DNA from: Candidatus Uhrbacteria bacterium
GTDB taxonomy: Bacteria; Patescibacteriota; Patescibacteriia; JACRJV01
Direction of reading: 5' to 3'
Length of the DNA stretch: 64,000 nucleotides
Assembly (NCBI GenBank): GCA_016215325.1
Contig: JACRJV010000007.1
Coordinates: 3,728-67,727, forward strand
Below the pieces are notes generated by a model. That model saw only the letters and a list, made by a program, of their open reading frames with translations, searched no databases and was not told the DNA's origin. The position numbers were made by a program, and so were the translations under genes. Within the stretch, counting starts at the first letter, position 1; each line of letters begins with the position of its first letter. Positions 33,749 through 44,035 of this stretch are shown here, in pieces.

Positions 33749-34672
33749 TTACTCAATGTTTGTTTTGTACTGAAAACACTGTCGGCCGGATGGATGCTGC
33801 TCTAGTGGACCAAAATCTAACGGAGGCGCTTTCTCGATTATGGGAGCAAGCCGGGGCTGTTTGGGCATAGTTCGGTATTCTGCATCCAATGCAAATGTTG
33901 CGCAAAGCTCGAATTTCACATCGCTCAACCGACGATATTCATACGATTGGTTTGTTTGAGGATCGTCAAGCGGCAGGTAGGAAAAGTTTTGCTCAAATTG
34001 CGCTTGATCGTTGGGCAACGTCCGCTTTTGCTGCGGGTCCGAAACGCGATAGACAATGTCTTGCGCGATGGTGCGCAGGCTCTCTACCCGTTGGCTGTCC
34101 CACGCCAACAGCCGTCGTGTTTTCGGCGAGCCAACAACCCAAAATCCTGCGATAACCGTAGCCAGCACCACGCCAATTGTTGCCCCCAACACCGTGCGAG
34201 TAATCGATGAGCTTACGGGTCGTTCCCGACGAATGTCCCACAGATAAAAACTGAAAATAGACCCGGCAATAATCAAAATGGAAAGCGCTTTCAAAAAAAA
34301 TCGCAGGGTAAAATCGCCATTGAGGTACACTTGCAAAACGGCAATGAGGTCAACGATGCCGACGATGGCGGTCAAAAAAATAGTGAAGTATATCAGCCAC
34401 TTCCGCAGCGCTCGCCCAGGATCCATGGTTTGATTGGTAAACGATCGACGAATCCACCAGGAGAGGCCCAGATACACCGGGGCGGCCACGACGAGTGCCG
34501 ACAATCCCCCGGTGATCGCCTGCGGGTAGAACACTTCCCCCACTCCCGCCGGCGATGCGGTCCACCGGTTAATGAGGGCAAACCAAACATTGCCGAGCGC
34601 CGTGGAAGCGATCGCCAATACCACAAATTGCAGCAGGTAGAGAAATGTATCGCGAGAAGTATGGCTTTGCAT
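33749..34672 (-). CDS. Polytopic membrane protein, hypothetical
   Basis: There are about six hydrophobic helices and no recognised motif. Confidence 0.45.
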   Translation of the reverse strand: MQSHTSRDTFLYLLQFVVLAIASTALGNVWFALINRWTASPAGVGEVFYPQAITGGLSALVVAAPVYLGLSWWIRRSFTNQTMDPGRALRKWLIYFTIFLTAIVGIVDLIAVLQVYLNGDFTLRFFLKALSILIIAGSIFSFYLWDIRRERPVSSSITRTVLGATIGVVLATVIAGFWVVGSPKTRRLLAWDSQRVESLRTIAQDIVYRVSDPQQKRTLPNDQAQFEQNFSYLPLDDPQTNQSYEYRRLSDVKFELCATFALDAEYRTMPKQPRLAPIIEKAPPLDFGPLEQHPSGRQCFQYKTNIE

Positions 34673-34675
34673 AAT

Positions 34676-35344
34676 TTACTGGTTAACGGCGGCGGCGAAC
34701 GCATCATACACCGCCTGCGGGTCGCGGGCATCACGGATCTTGGAACCAACGACGAGTGATTCGGCGCCGGATTTTGCCAGCTTTTGAGCACGTTCATCTT
34801 CGAGACTGACGGCCCCGTCGACCGTAATACTTAATTGCGGAAACTTCCGGTGCAATTCTGCCACGCGATCAAATGTACTTGCTTCGAAGGGATTCCCTTG
34901 TGCGCCCGGCACAACCCCCATAACCATCACTCCGTCAACCTGGCCGATGTACTCATCAACAACATCGACGGCAGTATCAGGATTTATTGCAACAATAACG
35001 GATTTATTGTTCGATCGAACCATTTCGGCAAAGGAAAGTACTTCTGCTGAGCCAATTTCATGATGAATGATCATGGCGCTCACCGTATCGCAATCGAGCA
35101 GCGGGGGGATCCACTGCCGCAACTCATCGGGTGTGAGCATAAAATGCACCTGATATTGCAAGCCCAATATATCATTAGAAAGAACTTCTTCCAGGGCGCC
35201 GGCGTCAAACGTGACTGCTTCTCCATCCACCAGCGCACCGGTAACGTCAATGTGTAAAAACGGCGAAATCATGCTCATCCGTTCAATTTCCGATTCGAGC
35301 GTTTCTTTATTGAGTTGCAAGACGGCGGGAATGATGGTGACCAT
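34676..35344 (-). CDS. rpe: Ribulose-phosphate 3-epimerase
   Basis: The sequence ...FLHIDVTGALVDGEAVTFDAG...MVMGVVPGAQGNPF...VDGAV... identifies the enzyme. Confidence 0.7.
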   Translation of the reverse strand: MVTIIPAVLQLNKETLESEIERMSMISPFLHIDVTGALVDGEAVTFDAGALEEVLSNDILGLQYQVHFMLTPDELRQWIPPLLDCDTVSAMIIHHEIGSAEVLSFAEMVRSNNKSVIVAINPDTAVDVVDEYIGQVDGVMVMGVVPGAQGNPFEASTFDRVAELHRKFPQLSITVDGAVSLEDERAQKLAKSGAESLVVGSKIRDARDPQAVYDAFAAAVNQ

Positions 35345-35361
35345 AGGCGAGGTTCTCGATT

Positions 35362-35859
35362 CTAGGAAACTTTTTCGATCTTTCGTATTCTGCGCTCATG
35401 TCGCTTCTGTTTGAGGTATACTGTTTTAAGCCAGATCATAATGGCTTTCTCTGCTTGGTTATTGGTGACAAAACGCGCCCCGATCGATAAAACATTAGCA
35501 TTGTTATGCTGGCGCGACAAACGGAGGATTTCATAGGGGTCGGCGCTGCGTCGCCCTGATACATCAACAGCACTCACTGCGGGACGCCCCCCGTAAAACA
35601 CTGCCGCCCGAACAGAAGGGAATCGATTGGCGACGATCGCTTCGCCTTGACCAGAACCGCCAATAACAATTGCCATGGAACTGTTCGGATGCTTCGAAAC
35701 CGCCAAAGCCGCTTTGGCAATGTAATCCGGGTAGTCATCATCTTTATCATACACAGAATTACCAACGTCAACAACAGTATATTTCCGTTTCTCCAACACG
35801 CGGGACAAATGCTTTTTCAATGCGAACCCACCATGGTCGGCGGCGATGAATATCTTCAT
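35362..35859 (-). CDS. rpiB: Ribose-5-phosphate isomerase B (RpiB/LacAB family)
   Basis: The sequence MKIFIAADHGGFALK...IVIGGSGQGEAIVANR... matches the family. Confidence 0.8.
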   Translation of the reverse strand: MKIFIAADHGGFALKKHLSRVLEKRKYTVVDVGNSVYDKDDDYPDYIAKAALAVSKHPNSSMAIVIGGSGQGEAIVANRFPSVRAAVFYGGRPAVSAVDVSGRRSADPYEILRLSRQHNNANVLSIGARFVTNNQAEKAIMIWLKTVYLKQKRHERRIRKIEKVS

Positions 35860-35870
35860 ACGAGCACGAT

Positions 35871-35947
35871 AAGTGAATTAAGCAAGATAAGCCCGGCCGT
35901 CGCCACAGCTTAATTTACTTATTTTACTTATCTCGCTTATCTTGCTT
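35871..35947. repeat. Copy B of the 40-bp palindromic element
   Basis: AAGTGAATTAAGCAAGATAAGC, a 14-nt spacer, then AGCTTAATTTACTTATTTTACTTATCTCGCTTATCTTGCTT. It lies 12 nt upstream of the rpiB ATG. Confidence 0.7.
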
Positions 35948-36563
35948 AACCAGATCCATTTTTCCGTCTATACTTCTGCGCGTCCTTTATTTCCACCTTT
36001 TCTTTTTTGATCATCTCAATCACTTTGGCCACCAACCGTTTCGGGTTACTATCATAAACAACCTTCCCGTTGCCCTTGTGAGCACGCTCAACAATATCCT
36101 TGATCATGTCTGCCATGCCACCAGTCCCCGTAAGGATCCCTTGCGGCTTGTTGTCTTCAAACGCAATCGTAAATTCGTTGAGCGTTCCGATCCGACCGCA
36201 CACAGTGATCACCGCATCCGATGCTCTGGTTAAAATGAGGTTACGGCCCGAGTAATCAAAACCAGTGTAAATGATCATGTCAAAGTAATCCGTCGGGAGC
36301 CGGTAGCTTTTGACATGCGCTAATTCTGTTGCCGCTGGCGAGATGCCAATAGAAATTCCACCTTCCTGCTTGGCTCCTATTGCTGCCCAATACGGCGCGC
36401 CGGTCGTGGCCCCGCTCACGAGGATCCCGCCTTGGCGCACAATTTCCCGTCCCACCTCGACGGTTTTTTCATAGGCACCGGGGGCCGCTGAAGTAGTGTC
36501 CGCAGAACCGGAAACGCAAATTTTGTATTTGAGATAGGATTGAGGGATCGAATCTTGACTCAT
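35946..36563 (-). CDS. TIGR00725/LOG-like Rossmann-fold nucleotide-binding protein
   Basis: The sequence ...ICVSGSADTT...GGILVSGATTGAPYWAAIGAKQEGGISIGISP... matches the family. Confidence 0.5.
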   Translation of the reverse strand: MSQDSIPQSYLKYKICVSGSADTTSAAPGAYEKTVEVGREIVRQGGILVSGATTGAPYWAAIGAKQEGGISIGISPAATELAHVKSYRLPTDYFDMIIYTGFDYSGRNLILTRASDAVITVCGRIGTLNEFTIAFEDNKPQGILTGTGGMADMIKDIVERAHKGNGKVVYDSNPKRLVAKVIEMIKKEKVEIKDAQKYRRKNGSG

Positions 36564-36677
36564 AATCGAATTTTCAATTTACAATTTCCAATGAATTTTC
36601 ATTGATTCAATTATCGAAACTGAACCGACATTGAAAATTGGATCATTGATAATTGAATGAAAATTTAAAATTGAAAA

Positions 36678-38024
36678 TTATAATTCAACAACCTCTCCAA
36701 TCTTCGGCACACTGGCATTAATGCCGAATTCGTCTTGAATGTTTGTTGCTAAGACATGCGCCGCCTCGTCATCTCCTTGCACTGTAAAAATGTGTTGGAT
36801 CGGCCGCTGGATATCCTGCACAAAGGCCATGAGCTGATCATGATCCGCATGTCCCGAATACGCAAGTGCTTGTAATATTGTTGCTCGTACCGGAACATCT
36901 TTCTCTCCAATGCGAATATGTGTTGCCCCCTCCTGGAGTTGGCGTCCATTCGTACCATTAACTTGATAGGAGACGAGCAAGAGAATATTTTGTGAGTCTG
37001 GCAAATACAATTGCTCGTGATAAATAATGCGGCCGCCCGTGCTCATCCCGTTGCCCGCAATAATGACCTTTGGTGCGGGCGCAGAATTAATCGCTTTCGA
37101 TTCCTCGCGTGTTCGCGTGATCTTGAGCCCGGGGAATTCAAAAATATTGTCGCCCAAACGGATCTGATTTTGTCCTTCCGCGCTCAAATAGGAGTGGTGC
37201 CGTTGGTAGATTTCGGTTGCCGCTGCGGCCATGGGGCTATCGATATAGACGGCGATGCGCGGCACACGAGCATCTTCGACGAGGGTGTCTAAATCGTAGA
37301 GAATCTCTTGGGTTCGTTCAACCGCCAGCGACGGAATAATCAATGCACCGCGATGCTTCACGACATGCTCAATCGCGCGCTCAAGTTGTTCTTTTCGGTC
37401 CTTGACCGGCTCATGCACGCGATCACCATATGCCGACTCGATGATCACATAGTCAGCGCGATCGATGACATCGGCCGGAGGCAGCAACGGGGATAATTCA
37501 TTGCCCAAATCACCCGTAAACAAGAGCTTCTTGCCCTCTGCCCACACTTCAACCATGGACGACCCCAGAATGTGTCCGGCATTGCGCAATTGGAACTGGA
37601 CATCGCCCACACTCTGGCGCTGCTTGTATTCAATCAGCCTCCATAAGCGCCCAACACCGGCTACGTCCGCATGGCTATAGAGCGCCGCTGATCCTCCTTC
37701 CTGCGCTCGCGTGGTCATGATCTCTTCGCTATCCTCCACGACCAGTTGGGCGAGCTCTGCCGTGGGCGGCGTGGCATAGATCGGCCCACGGTACCCTTGT
37801 TTGTATAACAGCGGCAATCGCCCACCATGGTCCAAATGCGCGTGCGTCAAGATGACCGCGTCGATCGTCTTGGGGTCATACAGGAATGGTTTTTGATTCC
37901 AACCCTTGTTTTCTGCCCCACCTTGAAACATCCCGCAGTCCACGAGAATCTTCGTCGTGCCAGTTTCCAAAAGATAATTAGCGCCGGTCACAATCCCGGC
38001 CCCGCCGCAAAAGGTGAGTTTCAT
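36678..38024 (-). CDS. MBL-fold beta-CASP ribonuclease (RNase J / CPSF-like)
   Basis: The sequence ...VDCGMFQG...ILTHAHLDHGGRLP... carries the HxHxDH metallo-beta-lactamase motif and beta-CASP segments. Confidence 0.75.
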   Translation of the reverse strand: MKLTFCGGAGIVTGANYLLETGTTKILVDCGMFQGGAENKGWNQKPFLYDPKTIDAVILTHAHLDHGGRLPLLYKQGYRGPIYATPPTAELAQLVVEDSEEIMTTRAQEGGSAALYSHADVAGVGRLWRLIEYKQRQSVGDVQFQLRNAGHILGSSMVEVWAEGKKLLFTGDLGNELSPLLPPADVIDRADYVIIESAYGDRVHEPVKDRKEQLERAIEHVVKHRGALIIPSLAVERTQEILYDLDTLVEDARVPRIAVYIDSPMAAAATEIYQRHHSYLSAEGQNQIRLGDNIFEFPGLKITRTREESKAINSAPAPKVIIAGNGMSTGGRIIYHEQLYLPDSQNILLLVSYQVNGTNGRQLQEGATHIRIGEKDVPVRATILQALAYSGHADHDQLMAFVQDIQRPIQHIFTVQGDDEAAHVLATNIQDEFGINASVPKIGEVVEL

Positions 38025-38107
38025 AATGGAGGATACTGCAAGTACCGCGAATGCGGCACGACGACTATAGTATCAGACCCCTCTTATGATTCCTAGTGGA
38101 TAATAGG

Positions 38108-39067
38108 TTATCCGCGGACAATCAACACAGTGATGTAGAGGACATACGCCGTCAAAAACCCCGTTCCCTGCCATCGTTCAATGATATGACGCTTCCCCAC
38201 AAACAGAAAAATAAATAGCAGAAGGGTAGCGAGCACGGCAACGCCGATGTCCATATTACTGCGCGATTGGAATGGCAATGGCCGTATGATGCTGCTCATT
38301 CCTAAAATCCAAAAGATGTTAAAAATGTTGGAACCAACGACGTTGCCGACCGCAATATCGACGTTCCTCTTATACGCCGCCACAGCCGAAGTAGCGAGCT
38401 CCGGTAACGAAGTACCGACCGCAACTACCGTCAGCCCAATCAACGACTCGCTGACCCCAAGATTCGAGGCAATCTCTACCGCAGAATCCACCACCCATTT
38501 CCCGCCGACCACAAGGACCATCAATCCCCCTGCCACCATTGAAACGGATCGGAGCAATCCGAAGCGGCGCACTGGAAGCCCTTGCTCTGATGGTGGCCCG
38601 CCAAACGCCAACTCGTACGTGTAGAACAAAAAGATCGCGAAAAATCCGATTAGAGCGATACCATCCGTGCGCGTAAGCGCAGAAAATTCTAGGCCGTCAA
38701 TCCACTGATCATTGGCCATCACCGCAATCATCAACACCGCCAAAAGACTAAAGGGGATTTCCTTCCAGACCGTCCCTTTCGTAACCCGCAGTGGATAGAT
38801 CACCGCGGCAATGCCCAAAATGAGGAGGATGTTGGCAATGTTCGAACCTAGAATATTGCCAATGGCGATTTCGGTGTTCCCGGAAATGCTCGCGACGGTG
38901 TTAACAATGAGCTCCGGTGCTGATGTGCCAAACGCAACAATCGTGAGACCAACAGCTAAGTCGGAAATGCCAAACCGTTTGGCAATGGAAGATGCTCCAT
39001 CAACGAGCCAACCCGCTCCTTTGATAAGCAATGCAAACCCTACGACGAGAAAAAAGAGAGTTGTCAT
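38108..39067 (-). CDS. CaCA-family cation/Ca2+ antiporter (YrbG-like)
   Basis: Two alpha-repeats are present: ...GTSAPELIVNTVA...GNILGSNIANILLILG... and ...GTSLPELATSAVA...GNVVGSNIFNIFWILG... Confidence 0.8.
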   Translation of the reverse strand: MTTLFFLVVGFALLIKGAGWLVDGASSIAKRFGISDLAVGLTIVAFGTSAPELIVNTVASISGNTEIAIGNILGSNIANILLILGIAAVIYPLRVTKGTVWKEIPFSLLAVLMIAVMANDQWIDGLEFSALTRTDGIALIGFFAIFLFYTYELAFGGPPSEQGLPVRRFGLLRSVSMVAGGLMVLVVGGKWVVDSAVEIASNLGVSESLIGLTVVAVGTSLPELATSAVAAYKRNVDIAVGNVVGSNIFNIFWILGMSSIIRPLPFQSRSNMDIGVAVLATLLLFIFLFVGKRHIIERWQGTGFLTAYVLYITVLIVRG

Positions 39068-39972
39068 ATTGATGGCTTACGAAATTTTTTGAGGACCACA
39101 ATATCCCGAGGTCGCTTCTCTTCTGTCGGTGTTTCTAAAATTAAATCGCAATGCTGGAGTTTTTTGTTTTTGACGATCGCTTCAAAAGCCGGTAGACCGA
39201 TATAACCATCACCTAAGTCCGCGTGGCGGTCCACGTGGGAGCCGAATTCCACCTTGGAGTCGTTGCAATGGAAGACGACCAGGCGATCAAGGCCGATGTT
39301 CTTCTCAAACTCATCAAACACTTTTTTCTGGGTTTCTTTTGTGCGCATATCGTAGCCCGACGCAAAGGCGTGTTGGATGTCGAAGCACACGCCCAGACGA
39401 GGGTTTAGGGTAGAGGGTTTAGGGTTCAGTTTCTTTGATGTCCCCGCCTCCACGCCGGTGATGATTGCGGCAATTTCGTCGAAGGTGTCGCCCATTATCA
39501 ATCCTGCTCCGGCGGAGATTTCTAACAACAGTTGGCAGGACCCCGTATAGCCGTCCAAAATGTTCTTCACCCCTTCGATCACCATTTGCATTCCTCGCTG
39601 TTGCGCCGCTTCGGCAGAAAGCCCACTTTTGAGGAGATCGTTGGCGCTGCCAAGATGCGTCATGAGTGCTTTAACGCCGAGTACACTCCCGCGTTCTAGT
39701 TCTTCACGGACCACGGCGATGGTTCCGTACCGCGTCCGATTATTGCTCGAAGCAAAATTTACATAGTAGGGCGCATGGATGTACGCCGCCTTCTGGCGGT
39801 GTTGTTCCATCGCTTCGCGAAACAGCCGAATCGCCTCGTCGTCGAGTGTGCGAGCCGGCCCGCCTTGCGGAGGCCGCGAGAAAAACTGAAACGCTTCTCC
39901 GCCAATCTTGGCGGAATTTTCTGGAGCATTGTGCAAGCCCCCGGCAGCGGAGATGTGAGCGCCGAAGAACAT
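39064..39972 (-). CDS. nfo: Endonuclease IV (Nfo) with an in-frame repeat insertion
   Basis: The sequences FGAHISAAGGL, LLEISAGAG, GVCFDIQHAFASGYD, FHCNDSKVEFGSHVDRHADLGDGYIG and LILETP match E. coli Nfo. Confidence 0.85.
   Translation of the reverse strand: MFFGAHISAAGGLHNAPENSAKIGGEAFQFFSRPPQGGPARTLDDEAIRLFREAMEQHRQKAAYIHAPYYVNFASSNNRTRYGTIAVVREELERGSVLGVKALMTHLGSANDLLKSGLSAEAAQQRGMQMVIEGVKNILDGYTGSCQLLLEISAGAGLIMGDTFDEIAAIITGVEAGTSKKLNPKPSTLNPRLGVCFDIQHAFASGYDMRTKETQKKVFDEFEKNIGLDRLVVFHCNDSKVEFGSHVDRHADLGDGYIGLPAFEAIVKNKKLQHCDLILETPTEEKRPRDIVVLKKFRKPSI
39401..39429. repeat. GGGTTTAGGGTAGAGGGTTTAGGGTTCAG heptamer repeat inserted in-frame in nfo
   Basis: The repeat is translated as ...SKKLNPKPSTLNPRL... 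and replaces the short DKSRV loop of E. coli Nfo. It shares KKLNP...NPR with the trmD C-terminal insert. Confidence 0.65.
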
Positions 39973-39980
39973 ATTTGCGG

Positions 39981-40074
39981 AGCAAGATAAGCGAGAAAAG
40001 TAAGATAAGTAAATTAAGCTTGCTGGCGATCGGGCTTATCTTGCTTATGTTACTTATCTTGCTTATCTCGCTCG
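39981..40074. repeat. Copy C of the 40-bp element, present as a complete inverted pair
   Basis: AGCAAGATAAGCGAGAAAAGTAAGATAAGTAAATTAAGCT, a 13-nt spacer, then GCTTATCTTGCTTATGTTACTTATCTTGCTTATCTCGCTCG. It lies 8 nt upstream of the nfo ATG. Confidence 0.75.
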
Positions 40075-40162
40075 TATACAGTATACCCAAACCTCTCCAA
40101 AATCAAAACACCCTGTCGACCGGATGTTTCACCGGTAAACAGGGTGCGTAGTGTAGAACCTA

Positions 40163-40591
40163 TTATGCTGCTTGAGGGAGAGGTTCTTGGCTCGAAGACT
40201 GCTGGGGCGGGACCTTTTTAATATAGAGTTCCATCCCGTCAACTACATTGCCCAGTTCAACTTCATCGACCCTCATCATCGGATCGCCACTGGCTTGTTT
40301 CTTCAATTGCTCATGCCACTTTTCCAATCCATCGTGCAAAACCTGGATAGCCGGAGTATATTCCTTGGCATGATTGCGATATCCTGCTCTCAATTGCTCA
40401 ATGAATTCATGAACTCTTTTCATCTTACTCGTAAACGTTCCACTCCCATTCACGAGGGTAACGACCGCCTGTGCGGCTTCTACAGAGACGTCGGATCGCA
40501 CTGCATCTGCCGCAAATGCTCGCTCCTGGGCAGCGCGCTCTTTTGGATCGACGGGATTACCCGCTGCTGGCTGTTCTCTAAATCTTGGCAT
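40163..40591 (-). CDS. Hypothetical protein (142 aa)
   Basis: An ORF with no recognised motif. Confidence 0.4.
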   Translation of the reverse strand: MPRFREQPAAGNPVDPKERAAQERAFAADAVRSDVSVEAAQAVVTLVNGSGTFTSKMKRVHEFIEQLRAGYRNHAKEYTPAIQVLHDGLEKWHEQLKKQASGDPMMRVDEVELGNVVDGMELYIKKVPPQQSSSQEPLPQAA

Positions 40592-40674
40592 ATGAGTTTA
40601 ATTTTAATTACAAAGACAAATACGAAAAACTCATTATCAACATTATACCACATTATATAGAAAAAAACAAGCCC

Positions 40675-41964
40675 CTATATTGGGGCTTGTTTTACGTTCT
40701 GTTTGATCCAACCGATCGCTTTGCGGTTACGCAGCATCACCCTGGCGTGTTCCCGCATTTCGGCAGAGTGTATCTTCTTTTGCACTTCGGCGTCATTGCG
40801 ATATTCCTGTTGCGCTTTTTTTACGGATTCATCAATTTCTGCATCGGTCGCCGAAATATCATGCTCCAGAGCAATCGCGCGCAACAATAATGCGCCCTTG
40901 ACCCGTTCTAGGGCCTGCGGCGCAAAATCAAGATACACTTGATCGTGTGTCTTATTTATCGATGCAAGATACTCATTAAATTCTCCTCCTTGTTTGCTCA
41001 CATTCTGTTCGAGTTCTTCCATCATGCGATTGGCTTCTTGCGTCACCAAGTCTTCGGGGATATCGGTAAATTTTGATTTCTTAATCATTTGTTCGATGAT
41101 TTCTCGCTCCTGGCGGTCATCTTCTTTTTTCTGCCGATCCGTCGTGAGGTTGCCTTTGAGCAGCGTCCGTAACGCAGACAAATCTTTTTGACCTACCTTC
41201 TGTGCAAACGCATCATCAACGTCGGGTTTTGCCCGTTCAAATACTTGCTTGATCGTTACGCTAAAATCCACATTCTTGCCGGCAAGATTCTTTTGATAAT
41301 GCTGCTCGGGGAACGGTAATGTAAATGTTTTGGTTTCGCCGGCTGATGCGCCGACAAGCTCCTTGGTGAGGCCGGGGATGTAATGTTCTTTGTCAAGAAA
41401 CACTTTATGGTCTTTGACCGCCCCACCATCGACGGCAACTCCGCCTTGCGTCATCGAAAGGTCAACAATGACGAGATCGCTTACGGTCGCCGGCCGGCTT
41501 ACTGCGGCCTCGGTCGCGAGCATCTCTCGCAAGTCTTCGACCACGCGATCGATGTCCGATTCGCTCACTTCAACCGCGGGGGACGAGACAGTAACAGTGG
41601 CGGGATCCACGATTGTCACCTCCGGCAACAATGGAACGGTCGCTGTGTACACGAAGGGGTTCCCGGGGGCCAACATCTCCACTTGTATGCGGGGGACGCC
41701 CACCACTTCAAATTTTTCTTGCTCAATTGCCTTCGAGTATGTGCTGCTCACCATCGCCTCTGCCGCCTGCTCCAAAATCGCTTGAGCTCCCACGCGCCCG
41801 ACCAACACATCATACGGGACGTTCCCGGGGCGAAAGCCAGGGACCGGATGGTGCTGGGATATTTCTTTGGCGGCTGAGTCAAGGTACGATCGATGATCTT
41901 CGGCGGGTACCTCGATGGTAATGCTCAAAACGCCTTTTTCGACTTCTGATGACCTCACCTTCAT
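40675..41964 (-). CDS. tig: Trigger factor
   Basis: The sequence ...[18 protein letters not shown]... is present, with PPIase-like middle and C-terminal arm regions. There is a 4-nt overlap with hppA. Confidence 0.85.
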   Translation of the reverse strand: MKVRSSEVEKGVLSITIEVPAEDHRSYLDSAAKEISQHHPVPGFRPGNVPYDVLVGRVGAQAILEQAAEAMVSSTYSKAIEQEKFEVVGVPRIQVEMLAPGNPFVYTATVPLLPEVTIVDPATVTVSSPAVEVSESDIDRVVEDLREMLATEAAVSRPATVSDLVIVDLSMTQGGVAVDGGAVKDHKVFLDKEHYIPGLTKELVGASAGETKTFTLPFPEQHYQKNLAGKNVDFSVTIKQVFERAKPDVDDAFAQKVGQKDLSALRTLLKGNLTTDRQKKEDDRQEREIIEQMIKKSKFTDIPEDLVTQEANRMMEELEQNVSKQGGEFNEYLASINKTHDQVYLDFAPQALERVKGALLLRAIALEHDISATDAEIDESVKKAQQEYRNDAEVQKKIHSAEMREHARVMLRNRKAIGWIKQNVKQAPI

Positions 41965-43952
41965 ATCAATAATCCGACAATCAGTAATGCAACAATGTTG
42001 ACGATCTTGATCATGGGGTTGATCGCAGGGCCCGCGGTGTCCTTGTACGGGTCGCCGACCGTATCGCCGATCACCGCCGCTTGATGCGCTGGAGATTTTT
42101 TGCCGCCATGGTTGCCTGCTTCAATATATTTCTTGGCGTTATCCCATGCGGCTCCGCCGGTTGTCATCGAAATCGCGACAAAGACACCGGTGATAATTGT
42201 TCCAACGAGTAGCCCCCCCAGTGCTTGCACGCCCAACAGTGCGCCCACCAAAATCGGAGCCACCACGGGCAATAACGAGGGGACGATCATTTCTTTCAAC
42301 GCCGCGGCGGTCACAATGCTCACCGTCTGGGCATAGTCGGGCTTTTGCGTGCGGTCCATAATGCCGGGGAACTGTTTAAACTGGTCGCGAACCGCCGAAA
42401 CAACAACTCCGGCGGCGCGTCCGACGGATTCCATCGCATAGGAGGCAAACAGGTATGGTAGCAACCCTCCGATAAATAATCCCGCCAGCACACGAGCAGA
42501 ACTAAGATCAAACGTCATCTGCGATCCGCGGCTCGCGATTTCGTTGGTGAACGAGGCAAACAACACAAGAGAGGCTAACACGGCCGACCCGATGGCGTAC
42601 CCTTTGGTCACTGCTTTTGTTGTATTGCCCACCGCATCCAACGGGTCGGTGATCGCCCGGACTTCATCGCTCATATTCGCCATTTCCGCAATACCGCCCG
42701 CATTATCGGTAATGGGGCCATACGCATCAATCGCAACGACGACACCGGTAAGGGAGAGCATCGCCACCGCCGCGAGCGCAACGCCATATAATCCGGCCAT
42801 GGCTTGGGCAATTAAAATGCCCGCCACTAACACGACAACAGGCAATCCCGTTGACCGCATGGACAGAGCGAGCCCGGCAATAAGGTTGGTGCCAGCACCT
42901 GTCTCGCTCGCCTTGGCAATCTTATGCACGGGAGAAAATTTTGTCGAAGTATAGTAATCGGTGAGCAGGAACAACAGCGCAGTGACCACAATGCCCACGA
43001 GCAATGCGCCATACGCCCGGGAGAGCCCCTCAACGCCGCCTAACAAACGCACAGTAAGTGGGTATAAGGCAACGACCGCGATAGCGGCTGTACCATACAG
43101 CCCGCGATACAGCGTGCGCATAATTGTTTCTTTTTTTGCAGAGCGCATGAGCTGCGTACCAATCATGGAGGCAATCAATGATACTCCGCCCACCAACAGC
43201 GGGAACTCTTGCGTGATCGCAGCAAACGGGAATAAAAGTTTCCCCAGTACCATTGCCGCGACAACAGTAACGACATAGGTCTCAAACAAATCAGCAGCCA
43301 TGCCAGCGCAATCGCCCACATTGTCGCCGACATTGTCGGCAATCACCGCGGGGTTACGCGGGTCGTCTTCGGGAATACCGGCCTCAACCTTTCCGACGAG
43401 ATCAGCGCCCACGTCAGCAGCTTTCGTAAAAATTCCGCCGCCTAATCGACTAAAGACCGAGACAAGACTCCCTCCAAACCCCAAGCCAATCAATGCGTCA
43501 AATTCATTCGGGGACATCCAGCGCATCGCCACTACTCCAAGCAGCCCCAACCCCGCCACCAAGAGTCCTGTCGCCGCTCCCCCTTTCGTTGCCAGGCTTA
43601 ATGCTGGATTTAATCCTTTCTTGGCCGCCTCGGCAGTCCGCACATTTGCTCGCACGGCAATAGACATGCCCAGGATTCCGGCGAGAGCCGATAATGCCGC
43701 GCCCACCAAAAAGCCAAGTGCTGTGGACCATTCTAAAAAGAGACCGAGGAGCAGTGCGAGGACAATCGCAATCATGGCAACACTCTTATATTGCCGCGTC
43801 ATGTACCCCCGTGCGCCAGCTTGGATGGCGCTGGCAATCTCTTGCATTGCCTTGTCGCCCTTGGGTTGAGAGAGGACTTGCTTAAAGAGAATCCCGCTCA
43901 TGACAATGCTCGCGACCGAACTCAACAGAGCAAACGTGAGGATGGACATCAT
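41961..43952 (-). CDS. hppA: Membrane-bound proton/sodium-translocating pyrophosphatase
   Basis: Sixteen TM helices are predicted, together with the motifs [21 protein letters not shown] and [22 protein letters not shown]. Confidence 0.9.
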   Translation of the reverse strand: MMSILTFALLSSVASIVMSGILFKQVLSQPKGDKAMQEIASAIQAGARGYMTRQYKSVAMIAIVLALLLGLFLEWSTALGFLVGAALSALAGILGMSIAVRANVRTAEAAKKGLNPALSLATKGGAATGLLVAGLGLLGVVAMRWMSPNEFDALIGLGFGGSLVSVFSRLGGGIFTKAADVGADLVGKVEAGIPEDDPRNPAVIADNVGDNVGDCAGMAADLFETYVVTVVAAMVLGKLLFPFAAITQEFPLLVGGVSLIASMIGTQLMRSAKKETIMRTLYRGLYGTAAIAVVALYPLTVRLLGGVEGLSRAYGALLVGIVVTALLFLLTDYYTSTKFSPVHKIAKASETGAGTNLIAGLALSMRSTGLPVVVLVAGILIAQAMAGLYGVALAAVAMLSLTGVVVAIDAYGPITDNAGGIAEMANMSDEVRAITDPLDAVGNTTKAVTKGYAIGSAVLASLVLFASFTNEIASRGSQMTFDLSSARVLAGLFIGGLLPYLFASYAMESVGRAAGVVVSAVRDQFKQFPGIMDRTQKPDYAQTVSIVTAAALKEMIVPSLLPVVAPILVGALLGVQALGGLLVGTIITGVFVAISMTTGGAAWDNAKKYIEAGNHGGKKSPAHQAAVIGDTVGDPYKDTAGPAINPMIKIVNIVALLIVGLLI

Positions 43953-44035
43953 AGAATGATGTATTAGTTAAGTGATTTACTAATTTATTGCCGCAACAAT
44001 AAACCAATAAACAAACTAACTACATCAATAAAAAA

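Noticed and set aside
39401-39429. TTTAGGG-type telomere repeats, a possible linear-replicon end
   Set aside because: The array is short, internal to a gene and translated. It belongs to the dispersed G-rich heptamer family rather than a terminal array.
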